The notes below the pieces were generated by a model that was given only the letters and a program-made list of their open reading frames with translations, was not told the DNA's origin and did not search any database. The translations under genes and the position numbers were made by a program. Below are positions 53,206-64,000 of a stretch of DNA of 64,000 nt, piece after piece. The first letter of the stretch is position 1, and each line of letters starts with the position of its first letter. Origin of the DNA: Mobula hypostoma. Taxonomy: Eukaryota. The stretch is taken from the NCBI RefSeq assembly GCF_963921235.1, contig NC_086097.1:233494001-233558000 (forward strand). The letters are read 5' to 3'.

Positions 53206-53689
53206 ATATGTTTAGTCCCATCCTCAAAAAAGTCAATCAGGCTCGTAAGGCACAACCTGCCTTTGACAAAGCCATGCCGACTATTCCTAATCATATTATG
53301 CCTCTCCAAATGTTCATAAATCCTGCCTCTCAAGATCTTTTCCATTAACTTACCAACCACTGAATTAAGACTCACTGGTGTATAATTTCCTGCGCTATCT
53401 CTACTCCCTTTCTTGAATAAGGGAACAACATCTGCAGCCCTCCAATCCTCCGGAACCTCTCCCATCCTCATTGATAATACAAAGATCATTTCCAGAGGCT
53501 CAGTGATTTCCTCCCTGGCCTCTCACAGTAGCCTGGGGTATGTCTCATCCGGTCCCAGAGACTTATCCAACTTGATACTTTCCAAAAGCTTCAGCACATC
53601 CTCTTCCTCTTCCTCAGGGAATGCTGCATAGCCTTTTCCTGATGGGAATGAGTTTCCACAAGTAAGCTGAGTGAGATCACCTTGAAGGG

Positions 53690-54030
53690 GTGGTGCCTTA
53701 AAAAGGCAGCATCCATCATTAAGGACCCACATCACCCAGGTCATGGCCTGTTCTCATTTCTACCATCAGAGAGGAGGTAGAGGAGCCTGAAGGCACACAC
53801 TCAATGGTTCAGGAACAGATTCTTCCCCTCTTCCATCCGATTTCTGAATGGACATTGAACCCATGAACACTGTCTCACTACTTAAATTTATACTTTTGCA
53901 CTACTTATTTAATGTAACTTATATTTTATACATATATATATTTACTGTAATTTCCAGTTTTTTCTCTATTATTATATATCACATTGTGCTGTTGCCGCAA
54001 AGACAATAAATTTCATAACATGCCTATGAT
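53690..54030 (+). mobile_element. Rex1/Babar-like 3' fragment
   Basis: AAAAGGCAGCATCCATCATTAAGGACCC..CAGGAACAG matches 2690-2810. Confidence 0.7.
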
Positions 54031-54294
54031 GTGTGGGGCAGTTTTATCTACTTCTTGTATTTAAAATTATAGGCTCGCTTGTTCTCGTATGACATGTGCA
54101 AAAAACCCAATGCAAAAATGGTTATTTTTTTAAAAACTGGATAAAGGTTTGAAACTATTGAATAATAACCTAGCCATCATGTTCAAATAGGTTTGGATGC
54201 TTGCAAATATTTAATGGTCAATTAGACCCAAATTTTTAATCTATATCATGGATTGTATTTGATATCGTTAATTGATTTAAATGGTATTACTAAG

Positions 54295-54835
54295 TTAGAA
54301 GTACAAAGTAAATTTATTGTCAAAGTATAGATATAAAATGCTGAGATTCATTTTCTTGTGGGCATACACAGAGAATCCAAGAAACACAACAGAATCAATG
54401 AAAGCCCTCACCCAACAGGGCGGACAAACAGCCAGTGTACAAAGGGCCACAACTGCACAAATACGAAAAAAGAAAAAAATACCAATAATAAATAAATTAG
54501 CAACAAACATCAGAAACATGAGCTGAAGAGTTCTTGAAAATGAGTCCATAGGTTGTGGGAACATTCAGTGATGGGGTGAATGAAGTTGTGAATTTATCCC
54601 CTCTAGTTCAAGGGCCTGAAGGCTGAGAGGTAATAACTATTCCTGAACCTGGTGGTGTGGGTCCTGAGGCTCATGTACCTTTTTCCTGATGGCAGCAGTG
54701 AGAAGAGAGCATGACCTGGGTCGTCCCTGTTGGGGCATCCTGCTTTCCTGTGACAGCACTCCATGTGGTGGGGAGGGATTTACCTGTGATGGACTGGCCA
54801 TCTCCGACACCTTTTCTAGAATTTTCCATTCAAGT
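54295..54835 (-). mobile_element. Rex1/Babar-like 3' fragment
   Basis: Similar to 12920-13250; AATAAATTTACTTTG tail on the minus strand. Confidence 0.65.
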
Positions 54836-54869
54836 ATTAGTATTTGGATCAGTGTAAGGATCAACTACT

Positions 54870-55650
54870 TCAAAACAGAAGAGATTCTGCGGATGCTGGA
54901 AATTCCAAGTAAAAAGTTAGAGAAACACAGCAGATCAAGTGGCATCTATGGAAAAGAATAAGCAATAAAAGTTTCAGACTGAAACCCTTCATTGGGACTG
55001 GAAGGAAGGGTGGGTGGGGGGGGGGGGGTGGAAGCCAAAATAAAGTAGTGGGTGGAGGAAAAGGAAAAGAAACTAGAATGTAATAGGTGAAGGTAGAAGG
55101 GTGAGGAAGGGAGGATAAAGTAAGAAGCTGGGAGGCGATAGGTGGAAAAGGAAAAAATATGGAGAAAAAGGACTGTGATAGGACAGGGGAGAAAGGGAAA
55201 GAGGAGGGGCACCAGAGGGAGGTAATAGGCAGGTGAGGAGAAGAGAAGAGGTAAGAGGGGAGCCAGAAGAGAGAATAGATGAAGAAGGACAGGGATAGAA
55301 AGAAGAATACTGGAAGTTAGAAATATTGATGCTCATGCTATCAGGGTGGAGGCTGCCCAGAAGGAACATGAAGTGTTGCATCTCCAACTTGAGTGTGGTC
55401 TCACCATAGCAGTAGAGGAGGCCATGAATTGCCATGTTGGAATTGGAATGGGGATTGGAATTAAAATGGTTAGCCACCAGGGAAATCCCGCCTGCTGCAG
55501 ATGGAGCCAAAGTGCTTGTCAAAGCATACCCCCAATTTATTTCTCTACCACTCTGGGAGCACCAGATCCTGTGGACAACACCAACAGATTTGCAGGTGAA
55601 GTGTTGCCTTACCTGGAAGGACTGTTTGGGTCCCTGAATGGAGGTGATGA
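54870..55650 (-). mobile_element. Penelope-like element 3' part
   Basis: IQGPKQSFQVRQHFTCKSVGVVHRIWCS..VANHFNSNPH..GSLHPDSM; terminal repeat with decayed hammerhead (CCAATGA core). Confidence 0.85.
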
Positions 55651-57157
55651 GAAGATGAAATATATTTAAAGTAGTGTACAGTAAAACTTGTAAGTTTATT
55701 CTTTTTACCATTATACCAATGAAAAAACATTTTAAATAATCATTCATCAATAATTGTGATGTTTTATTAATCGGTCACAAAGTTGTCACTGGATGCTCCA
55801 TTTTACCAATAATTATATTTTGGCTACTTGCATTCTTCATTAAGGACTTTGTTAAAAATGCCTGCTGAGCTATTGTTAAAGAAAGTATTTGAAAATATTT
55901 ATTTTCCTCCATTATTGGCCTTGCGGAGAATGGTTTACTATGAGTGCCCTAAATTGCATCCCGAATGTAGATTAAAGCACAGCTCAATTTGAGAAAGAAA
56001 TGTCAAAGCTTTGAATTGAAAGTAATAACATTATTGATTTAATTTCTTTGTTTGCTGAGTGTTTTGATGATTAAGCAGCTGTCTGGCTTATTATTGAGCT
56101 CGCTTCTTAATATTAACCTTCCAACTGAAGAAAGAATTCTTAGCCATTTCCAGTCAAGCATCCAATTGATTGTCTACAATGCCATACACCTCACGTAAAG
56201 CATGTCAATTGGTCTCCATGTTCAGCAGAACGCACTGAAAGATAAACTACATCATACACTGATCTCTGGCTGTTTCCTGCATTGTCCCACTTCGCTCCAA
56301 CACAAGTACGTTATGACCTTTTCAACTGGTAAATGTAATATGAAATACTTGGGAAAAAAAATAAAGTACAAAGCACTAATACATCATTCACAACATGATT
56401 TAAATATGCTTCATATTTGATCCTTGTCTGTTGACTCCAGGAAGAAGGAAATGTTAAAGCTCTTCCAAAGAGTTCTGTGAAGCATGACAGGAAACTGTTT
56501 ACAGAGGGGACTGTCTGCTATTTTCAGCAGTTTTGTTAAGATGAGCATAGTTGTCAGGTTTCTTGTGGATTGCTGCATAATTGATTTAATGATTACGCTA
56601 TTTGACTGTCATATCCGTTAGAAATCTCTATGCATGAAGCACAGGTCGAATGTACAGTACATTAACATGTTGCCACTTGTAAAGTGGCTCTATCAAAGCC
56701 AGGCTGTGAATCTTAGGAGGATTTTCAAAATCGGCAACACTGTCATTATGTATTTACATTCAAGAACACTTGTTTGAGCAAGTCAGTAAATGGCAAGCTT
56801 GGTGTTTCTCAAAGATTTATTATTAGCAAATGTACATTTACTATCAAAGTATGTACGCATGGCACAGTCATGAGATTGTTCTTTCCAAAGGCAGTCACAA
56901 AACAAGGAAACAGCATGGAACCATTCAAAGAAAACATCAAACGCCCAACGCACAAAAAAAACAAATCACGCAAACACAAAAAAAAACAAAAGAACGCATA
57001 GAATACAAAATATCAAACCACAGAGTCTTTGGATGTTCAGTTCAGATCAATTTAGTGCTGTGTCTTTCATTGACCACAGAGCCAGTCTATCCCAATCAAA
57101 ATCACACAAAATAGCGATATAAGAGTAGTAACCAGAAACCAGAAACACATATAACAT

Positions 57158-57343
57158 ATAACAGAGAAAATCTTCAGATGCTGGAAATCCAAGCAACACA
57201 CTCAAAATGCTTGAGGAACTCAGTAGGCCAGGCAACATCTATGGAAAAGAGTACAGTTGACGTTTCAAGCCGACAGCACTGTACTCTTTTTCATAGATGC
57301 TGCCTGGCCCACTGAATTCCTCCAGCATTTTGTGTGTGTTGTT
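57158..57343. mobile_element. Second fold-back Penelope-derived mini-element, centre deleted
   Basis: Inverted arms about 57193-57258 and 57277-57343; ACACATATA(A/G)CAT at 57145-57157 and 57344-57356. Confidence 0.78.
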
Positions 57344-57449
57344 ACACATATAGCATGAACTGCAGAGTCCAAGAACTTCAGGTTCCAATCACACTTAGCC
57401 AGGTAGTAGGATCATGTTTGACAGAAGAAGTAAAAGTAGTTTTATATTT

Positions 57450-57770
57450 AACTATATAACAATTACAGCTCAGAAACAGGCCATCTCGACCCTTTAGTCT
57501 GTGCTGAACTCTTACTCTCACCTAGTCCCACCAACCTGCACTCAGCCCATAACTCTCCATTCCTTTCCTGTCGATATATCTATCCAATTTAACTTTAAAT
57601 GACAACATCGAACCTGCCTCAACCACTTCTGCTGGAAGCTCGTTCCACACAGCTACCACTCTCTGAGTAAAGAAGTTCCCCCTTATGTTACCCCTAAACT
57701 GTTGCCCTTTAACTCTCAACTCATGTCCTCTTGTTTGTACCTCCCCTACTCTCAATGGAAAAAGCCTATC
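57450..57770 (-). mobile_element. CR1 3' end, same subfamily as 6700-7481
   Basis: GNFFTQRVVAVWNELPAEVVEAGSMLSFKVKLDRY is shared between the two copies. Confidence 0.9.
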
Positions 57771-59149
57771 AGACAGTTTTGTGAACTGTCCGAAGGACAT
57801 CACCATTGGTCGCGCTTTTCCGTGAGGCTATCTTCAACGCATTTCTCACAATTCGTTCCCTCTCACAGAACTGAGAACATAGAACATGCAGTAAGGGCCC
57901 TTTGGCCCACAATGTTGCAATGTTGTGCTGCTCTTTTACTCTACCCCTTGATCAATCTAACATTTCCTTCCCACACAAGCCTCCATTTTTCATTCATACA
58001 TGTGTCTAAGAGTTCTTCGACATCTCTATTCTATCAGTCTCTACTCCCATCTCTCATTACAGGAACTTGCCACTCTCTATATGGTCAATAAACAACCTCA
58101 AACATCCCCCCCTACACTTTCCGTCAATCACCTTAAAGGGATATCCTCTGGTGTTAAACATTGCTGCCTTGGGAAAAAGGCACTGGTTGTCCATTGTATC
58201 TCTGCCCTTTTTAAATGTATTTTGGAACATATGACAATAATTGATTTATGTTTTATTATTATGCTGGAGTTCTATGAAGAGGCAACTAAAATTTAAGATA
58301 ACAATAGAGTGTTTAATATCATTTACTTTTGCAAGATACCCCACAGGAGGTTAATAATCAAACAACAGGAGGTAGGGATTCAGGGTAAGGTGTGCAAACA
58401 GGTACAGAATTGGCTCAAAAACAGAGAACAATGAGTTATGGTGAGAGGATCATTTTCACACCTAGAAGCTGTTAAAAGTGAGGTTCTGCAGGGATCAGTT
58501 TTGGGGTTGCTGCTGTGTTTAATTTACATTAATGATTTGGATAAGCACATAACTAATAAACTTGTAAAGTTTGTCGAGGGCAAAAAATTAAGGGGAGCTG
58601 CTGATAACATTCAGGCAGCAGAATCGATGCAGTTAGATCTAAAGAAAATCCTGATATGGGCAAAGAAATGGCAGATGAAACTTAATTTAAGTAAATGTAA
58701 AGTATTACATATAGGAAGTAGAAATATTAGATATACTGTAAGTATACAATTGGGAGGTCTTGAGTTAGAAAGTGAGAAGGATTTGGGCGTCCTGGTAGAT
58801 TCATCACCATCAAAATCTAGACAATGTACAGAAGCAATTCGGAAGGCTAATAGAATGTTGGGCTGTATGATGTGCTCAGTGGAGTTTAAGTCTAGAGACT
58901 TTCTGCTTAAGAGGCATTGTGCATTTGTGAGGCTTTTTAGTCTAAGTAGACGTAGAATGAGAGGAGACATGATTGAAGTGTTCAAAATCATTAAGGGCAT
59001 CAGTAAGGTGGATGCCAGCTCCTGCTTCAAAATTAATCCATCAACAAGGACACGAGGCCATAGGTGGAGAGTGGTTAAGGGGAGATTTCAGACTAACATC
59101 AGGCAGCATTTGTTTACACAGTGAGATGTGGACACATGGAACAAACTTT

Positions 59150-59935
59150 CAGTTGCTATCTCCAACGGGATCCCACCACATCTTTCCCTCCCCCCCCCCC
59201 ACTTTCTGTTTTCCTCAGGGATCACTCCCTACGCAATTCACTCATTCGTTCATCCCTTCCCTCCTGGTACTTAACTTAGCAAGGGAAACAAGTGCAACAC
59301 CTGCCCCTGCACCTTCTCCCTCACTACCATTCAGGACCCCAAACAGTCCTTCCAGGTGAGGTGACACTTCACCTGTGAGTCTGTTGGGGTCGTGTACTGT
59401 GTCTGGTGCTCCTGGTGTGGCCTCCTGTATATTGGTGAGACCCAATTGTAGATTGAGAGACCACTTCACTGAACAGCTAAGCTCCATCTGCCAGAATAGA
59501 ACAGTATCTCCCAATGGCCACCCACTTCAATTCTAATTCCCAGTCCATGTCAGTCCATGGCCTCCTCTATTGTCATGCTGAGGCCACACTCAAGTTGGAG
59601 AAGCAACACCTTATATTTCATCTGGATAGCCTCCAACCTGATGGCATGAACATCGATTTTTGAACTTCACTATTTCCATTCCCATTCCTATTTCCATCTT
59701 TCACCTATCTCCTTACCTGTCCATCACCTCCCTCTGGTGCTCCTCTCTTTTGCCTTTCTTCCAGGGTCTTCTACCCTCTCCTATTAGATTCCCCCTTCTC
59801 TGGTCTTTTATCTCTTTCACTTATCAGCTTCTCATCATCCTTTTTCCAGTCTTGATGAAGGGTCTCGGCCTGAAACGTCGACTGTTTACTCTTTTTCATA
59901 GATGCTAGCTGGCCTGGTGAGTTCCTCCAGTATCG
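59150..59935 (+). mobile_element. Penelope-like element 3' part
   Basis: CAGGACCCCAAACAGTCCTTCCAGGTGAGG..VVYCVWCSWCGLLYIGET (GIY-YIG); terminal repeat. Confidence 0.85.
59847..59884 (+). ncRNA. Minimal hammerhead ribozyme motif with C3-to-U core variant
   Basis: CAGTC-TTGATGA-AGGGTCTCGGCCT-GAAA-CGTC-GACTG with a perfect 5-bp stem I. Confidence 0.65.
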
Positions 59936-60149
59936 AGTTATTGTGTTATCAAGTTGTGTAGTTGAGAGCTGTATCTTAGGGACTTTCACATCTAAACTTG
60001 ATAGTTATTTCAACACACAATGTGAATAGGAATTTATCAATTTTGTTGGGCTGAATGGTCTGTTCTTTTCAAAAGCTTTCTAATATTCTAATGTTCTACT
60101 ATTAATTGAATAATTAAAGAAACAGTAAACAATAATAAAACAGTTATCA

Positions 60150-60860
60150 ACAACCTGGCCTCCCTCCTACCTCCTTCTCCAGGCCCAGGTTACCTGTGTC
60201 TGTGGTCAGGACAGCGATGCAGTCAGTTAGAATGCTCTGCATAGTACATCTGTAGGAATTTGCGAGTGTCTTTGATGATATACCAAATCTCCTCAAACTC
60301 CTAATGAAATATAGCCGCTGCCCTGCCTGCTTTGTAACTGCATCAATATGCTGTGCCAGGATAGATCCTCAGGGATGTTGATAGCCAGGAACTTGAAACT
60401 GCTCACTCTCTTCACTTCTGACCCCTCTGTGAGGACTGCCGTGTGTCCCCTCATCCTACCATTTCTAATTACAACAGCATTAGAGAGAAGGTGGGGACAG
60501 CAGTTTGGAAGCAACTTTTGTGGGTAAATCCACATCTGACATGTGGGAGTTGTTTAAAGACAAGGCTGGTTGGAGTTCAGAACCAACACGCTTCTGCGTT
60601 GATAGTAAGTTTCAGGAACCGTGGATGATAAGAGATATTGTATGTTTAGTCAAAAAGCAAATAAGAAGCACATTTAAGGTATGGGAACCTAAAATCAGAC
60701 AAGGTCCCTGAGAAATATAAGGAAGCAGGAGATAAATTAAACAGGGAATTAAGAAGGCTGAAAGGGGCCAGGGAATGTCCTTGACCAGTGCAATTAAGGA
60801 GAATCCCCAGGCATATTATATTGCATATAAAAATCAAAATTTAAATGTGGAGAGTGTAGC
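60150..60860. mobile_element. Adjacent Rex-like (minus, 60150-60450) and CR1 (plus, 60460-60860) remnants
   Basis: EGSEVKRVSSFKFLAINI; FVGKSTSDMWELFK..EPWMIRDI. Confidence 0.6.
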
Positions 60861-61227
60861 CTATTCCATGCTGTATCTCACTAAATAAATAAATAAAAGA
60901 TGCTGCAAAATGTACCTCTTGTGTTGTGGTTGCTTTTCACAACAGGGCAATACAGAAAATGCTAGAAAATAAATGGCAGGAAAGATGGAATTGAATGCTA
61001 AGGAACCAGAGTGTTATGTGTGGGTTTAGCAAGATAATAATGTTTATTTGCCAGATGTCAGGTAATTTCCTGTGACTGGCTGGGGGCGCCTTGGCCAAAT
61101 ACCGCAATGCCTGGCGCCTGGCGGTCTACAAAGGAACCAGTACATTCGAAGAGCAGCGGCTGAAGGATCTCATTTAAAAGCACCGGGACCGCAAGGAGAG
61201 ACAACCTGACCCTTTAGTGACTGCAAA

Positions 61228-61962
61228 ATGCCTGACTTATGGGCACATCTGCACAGCGGTTTGATTCATACGGAAATCTCAACTAAGTTCCAGAAAATTG
61301 CCGATTTAATTGATAAGATGCAAACATGTATTGCGGAACATCAGTCGGCTATATCTGATCTTCAAAAATCCGCGCAACAAAGTGAGCTTAAGATGGGGAA
61401 AGTCGAAGAAACAATTAATGTAATGAAGAAGAAACTTGACTTTTTGACTTTTAAAAACTCTGACTTGGAATCTAGAATGCGACGGCAGAATTTACGAATG
61501 ATTGGCGTCAGGGAAGCCGTGGAAGCTAACAACCCTATGAAATATTTCTCCCAACTTTTAAAAGATGCATTCCCTACTGTATTTCCTGACCAACCACCGC
61601 TACTGGATCGTGTTCACAGAATCCCATCATACTCGTCTAGGTCAGATAGACCGAGGCATGTTATCTTACGTTTTCATTACTTTCAAGACAAGGAGAGACT
61701 GTTTCGATTCGCTCGATCTAAAGGTTTCATTGATTTTTCGGATCTTAAGTTCCGATTCGTGGAAGATTTCAGTAAACCAATCTGGGACCAACGGGTCCGT
61801 TACAGATCCGTGATGTCGGAATTCTATAAGATGGATTTAAGACCAGCGCTGCTGTACCCTGCACGTCTAAGGATTCGCATGTTAGATGGAGCCCTTCGTT
61901 TTTTTGATTCTCTATCGGATGCCCAGAGTTATCTGGATCAACTTTCATCTTCAACATCTTAA
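61228..61962 (+). CDS. L1 ORF1p (coiled coil, RRM, CTD; transposase-22-like)
   Basis: Heptad-like N-terminus, DLESRMRRQNLRMIGVRE, LDRVHRI, RPRHVILRFHYFQDKE, FVEDFS, LLYPARLRI. Confidence 0.9.
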   Translation: MPDLWAHLHSGLIHTEISTKFQKIADLIDKMQTCIAEHQSAISDLQKSAQQSELKMGKVEETINVMKKKLDFLTFKNSDLESRMRRQNLRMIGVREAVEANNPMKYFSQLLKDAFPTVFPDQPPLLDRVHRIPSYSSRSDRPRHVILRFHYFQDKERLFRFARSKGFIDFSDLKFRFVEDFSKPIWDQRVRYRSVMSEFYKMDLRPALLYPARLRIRMLDGALRFFDSLSDAQSYLDQLSSSTS

Positions 61963-62685
61963 TTGCCTTTTTTTTAAATTTTCTCCGTTGATCGGAGGCT
62001 GTGAATTGGTTGGTTTTAACTTTTCTGTGCCCTATTTGGGCAGAAAAGTTTACTTTCGATTTCTTAATATGGCTGCTAAACTTTCTTTTTAACTGCGTCA
62101 TTTCTTTCTTTTCCCAGGGGATTCTGAGTGGTTACTTCCCTTTTGTCATCTTACGTATTTCCTGTGCGGCCTTAAATTTTGTAGTTTTTTTTAAATTTTA
62201 TTCTGTTTTGCTTTTTATAATCATTTTATGTTAATAATCCTATTTTTTTTTTGTTGCTGTGTCTATTCATGAGTTTGAGGTTTATTGTGGTTTTTTTTTA
62301 ATATATACTTTCCGGCTTTTGTTCTGTTCTGTGTGTATTTTAATTGAGCTAACTTTTTTTTACTTTTTTTTTACTGTTTTACAATTAGCTGACCCTTTTC
62401 ATATTTATACCTTTTTTTTAGGGAGCGTATACCGGAAGTCATGGGGGTAGTTTTAGCGCTTGCTTCTTTCTGGCGGGTCTGCTTTAGATTTCGCCTTGGG
62501 GTCTTGGGGTGGGGGGTGGTGGGAGGGGCTTCACGTTTTAGTTTGTTTCTCTTTGGGCTATATACATTATTGAAGTATTGGTTGCGTCCTTTTCCCCGGT
62601 ATCTTTTGTATGTTCTGTTTCCTCTCCGGGTTTGTGGGTCGCGCCTATTGTCAATCCTCCTTGTTATGGGTTGACTTTAGGATTT

Positions 62686-64000
62686 ATGGAGTCTATTATT
62701 AATTTTGTCTCCTGGAATACTAATGGTCTTAATCATCCTATTAAAAGGAAAAAAGTTTTTAAAGTGTTCCGGAGACTTAAAGCACAAATTTTATTTTTAC
62801 AAGAGACCCATGTACGGAGGGGGGACAGACTACGTTTTTTCAAATTCTGGAAGGGACAACAATTTCATTCGAACTCCAATGCTAAGATTCGAGGCGTCTC
62901 TATTTTTATAGACTCCTCAGTTACTTTTATACAACAGGATATTATCTCTGATCCGAATGGTAGATTTTTACTGGTTAGTGGTTTACTATTTAATAAAAAA
63001 GTAGTTTTGGTTAATGTTTATGCTCCTAATATGGATTGTCCGGAATTTTATAAATCATTGTTTGATCAGTTTCCGAATTTGAACGAGTTTTCATTGATTT
63101 GGGGCGGAGATCTTAATACCTGTTTATCTCCAGCTTTGGACCGTTCGGCTCCTTTACGGACTTTACCTAATAAATCTGCAAATTTGATTAATTTTTTCCT
63201 TTCTGATTCTGGGTCGACGGACATTTGGCGTTTTCTGCATCCTCAGGAAAAAGATTTTTCCTTCTTTTCACATGTTCATCATTCCTATTCAAGAATTGAT
63301 TATTTTTTCATTGATTCTCGTCTCATTCCTTCAGTGATTAAATGTGATTATGATTCTATAACCATTTCGGATCATGCTCCACTTAAGCTTTCTATTAAAA
63401 TTATGGCCAATATACCAAACAATAGACAATGGCGTTTTAATTCGCTGTTGCTTCAGGACTCGGACTTTGTTAATTTTATGAATGAACAGATTGAGCTTTT
63501 TTTTACAATTAACCATACAGAAGATATTTCGGTTAACACTCTTTGGGACACTTTTAAAGCCTATATTCGGGGTCAGATTATTTCGTATTCCGTTGCTTTG
63601 AGGAAGAAACAGAAGCAGGAGGAGATGGCAATTGTGGACAAGATTAAAGAAATTGATAAGAAATATGTTATGGCTCCTTCTGAGGAGCTATACAAACAAA
63701 GAACTGAACTTCAAATGGAACACAGTTTACTACTCTCGTCCTCGATTGTAAACCAATTAAAGAAAACAAGAAGTGATTTTTATGTTCACAGTGATAAAAT
63801 TGGCAAGCTGCTGGCTAATCAATTGAAATCTAATTATGTTAAATCTCAAATCAATCAGATTTATAACCAAAATGATCGATTGATATTGGATCATGTGGGG
63901 ATTAATCAAACCTTTTGTGATTTTTATTCTTCTTTATATCAATCAGAGTCTCCTCGAGATTCTAAATATATGAATGATTTTTTAGATAAGTTAGACTTCC
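62686..64000 (+). CDS. L1 ORF2p N-terminal part (APE endonuclease and linker), partial
   Basis: Hand translation gives 438 codons with no stop: SWNTNGLN, FLQETH, RGVSI, DPNGR, NVYAPN, GGDLN, DIWR, SRIDYF, SDHAP, WRFN, WDTFKAYIRG. Not in the ORF track, probably because it has no stop inside the window. Confidence 0.95.
   Translation, partial: MESIINFVSWNTNGLNHPIKRKKVFKVFRRLKAQILFLQETHVRRGDRLRFFKFWKGQQFHSNSNAKIRGVSIFIDSSVTFIQQDIISDPNGRFLLVSGLLFNKKVVLVNVYAPNMDCPEFYKSLFDQFPNLNEFSLIWGGDLNTCLSPALDRSAPLRTLPNKSANLINFFLSDSGSTDIWRFLHPQEKDFSFFSHVHHSYSRIDYFFIDSRLIPSVIKCDYDSITISDHAPLKLSIKIMANIPNNRQWRFNSLLLQDSDFVNFMNEQIELFFTINHTEDISVNTLWDTFKAYIRGQIISYSVALRKKQKQEEMAIVDKIKEIDKKYVMAPSEELYKQRTELQMEHSLLLSSSIVNQLKKTRSDFYVHSDKIGKLLANQLKSNYVKSQINQIYNQNDRLILDHVGINQTFCDFYSSLYQSESPRDSKYMNDFLDKLDF

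Larger units (their letters stand above)
50410..53620 (-). mobile_element. 5'-truncated CR1 host element carrying two insertions
   Basis: DKSLGPDETYPRLL (53523-53744), VPEDWRAADVVPLFKKG (53187-53489), [10 protein letters not shown] (51396-51647), LEYCAQFWSP; (CATAGAAA)n tail. Confidence 0.9.
58255..60097 (+). mobile_element. Older CR1 LINE interrupted by a Penelope element
   Basis: ORF 58438-59124 (QGSVLGLLLCLIYINDLD..RRRMRGDMIEVFKII). The 3' end resumes near 59950 and ends ATTCTAATGTTCTA. Confidence 0.8.
61082..64000 (+). mobile_element. Young L1-clade LINE, 5' half (continues beyond the window)
   Basis: CpG-retaining 5' region, ORF1, 723-nt T-rich spacer, open ORF2. Confidence 0.93.

Noticed and set aside
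1..64000. CRISPR array, retron, DGR or other prokaryotic RT system
   Set aside because: No repeat-spacer array or operon structure. All RT motifs belong to eukaryotic CR1, Rex1/Babar, L1 or Gypsy elements.

Overview
Eukaryotic, AT-rich, repeat-dominated DNA. The repeat families (CR1 LINEs with short-repeat tails, Rex1/Babar-like LINEs, V-domain SINEs, Penelope elements) suggest a vertebrate, most likely a cartilaginous fish; this is inference. No complete host gene is visible. The best host-gene signal is one 34-nt minus-strand candidate exon at 27569-27602, so the window may be mostly a large intron. Nearly every ORF in the track is a transposon fragment or its antisense shadow. The window holds many CR1 copies (three young near-identical ones and one near full-length degenerate one), Rex1/Babar-like LINEs, two degenerate Gypsy-type LTR elements plus a matching solo LTR, Tc1/mariner elements, Penelope GIY-YIG fragments, SINEs, and a young L1-clade element with open ORF1 and ORF2 running off the right edge. 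The most notable non-coding structures are minimal hammerhead-ribozyme motifs in the Penelope terminal repeats and two small fold-back Penelope-derived insertions, each flanked by a 13-bp target-site duplication (TSD). I see no evidence of a new multi-gene system. Boundaries are read by eye and are approximate unless a TSD is quoted.
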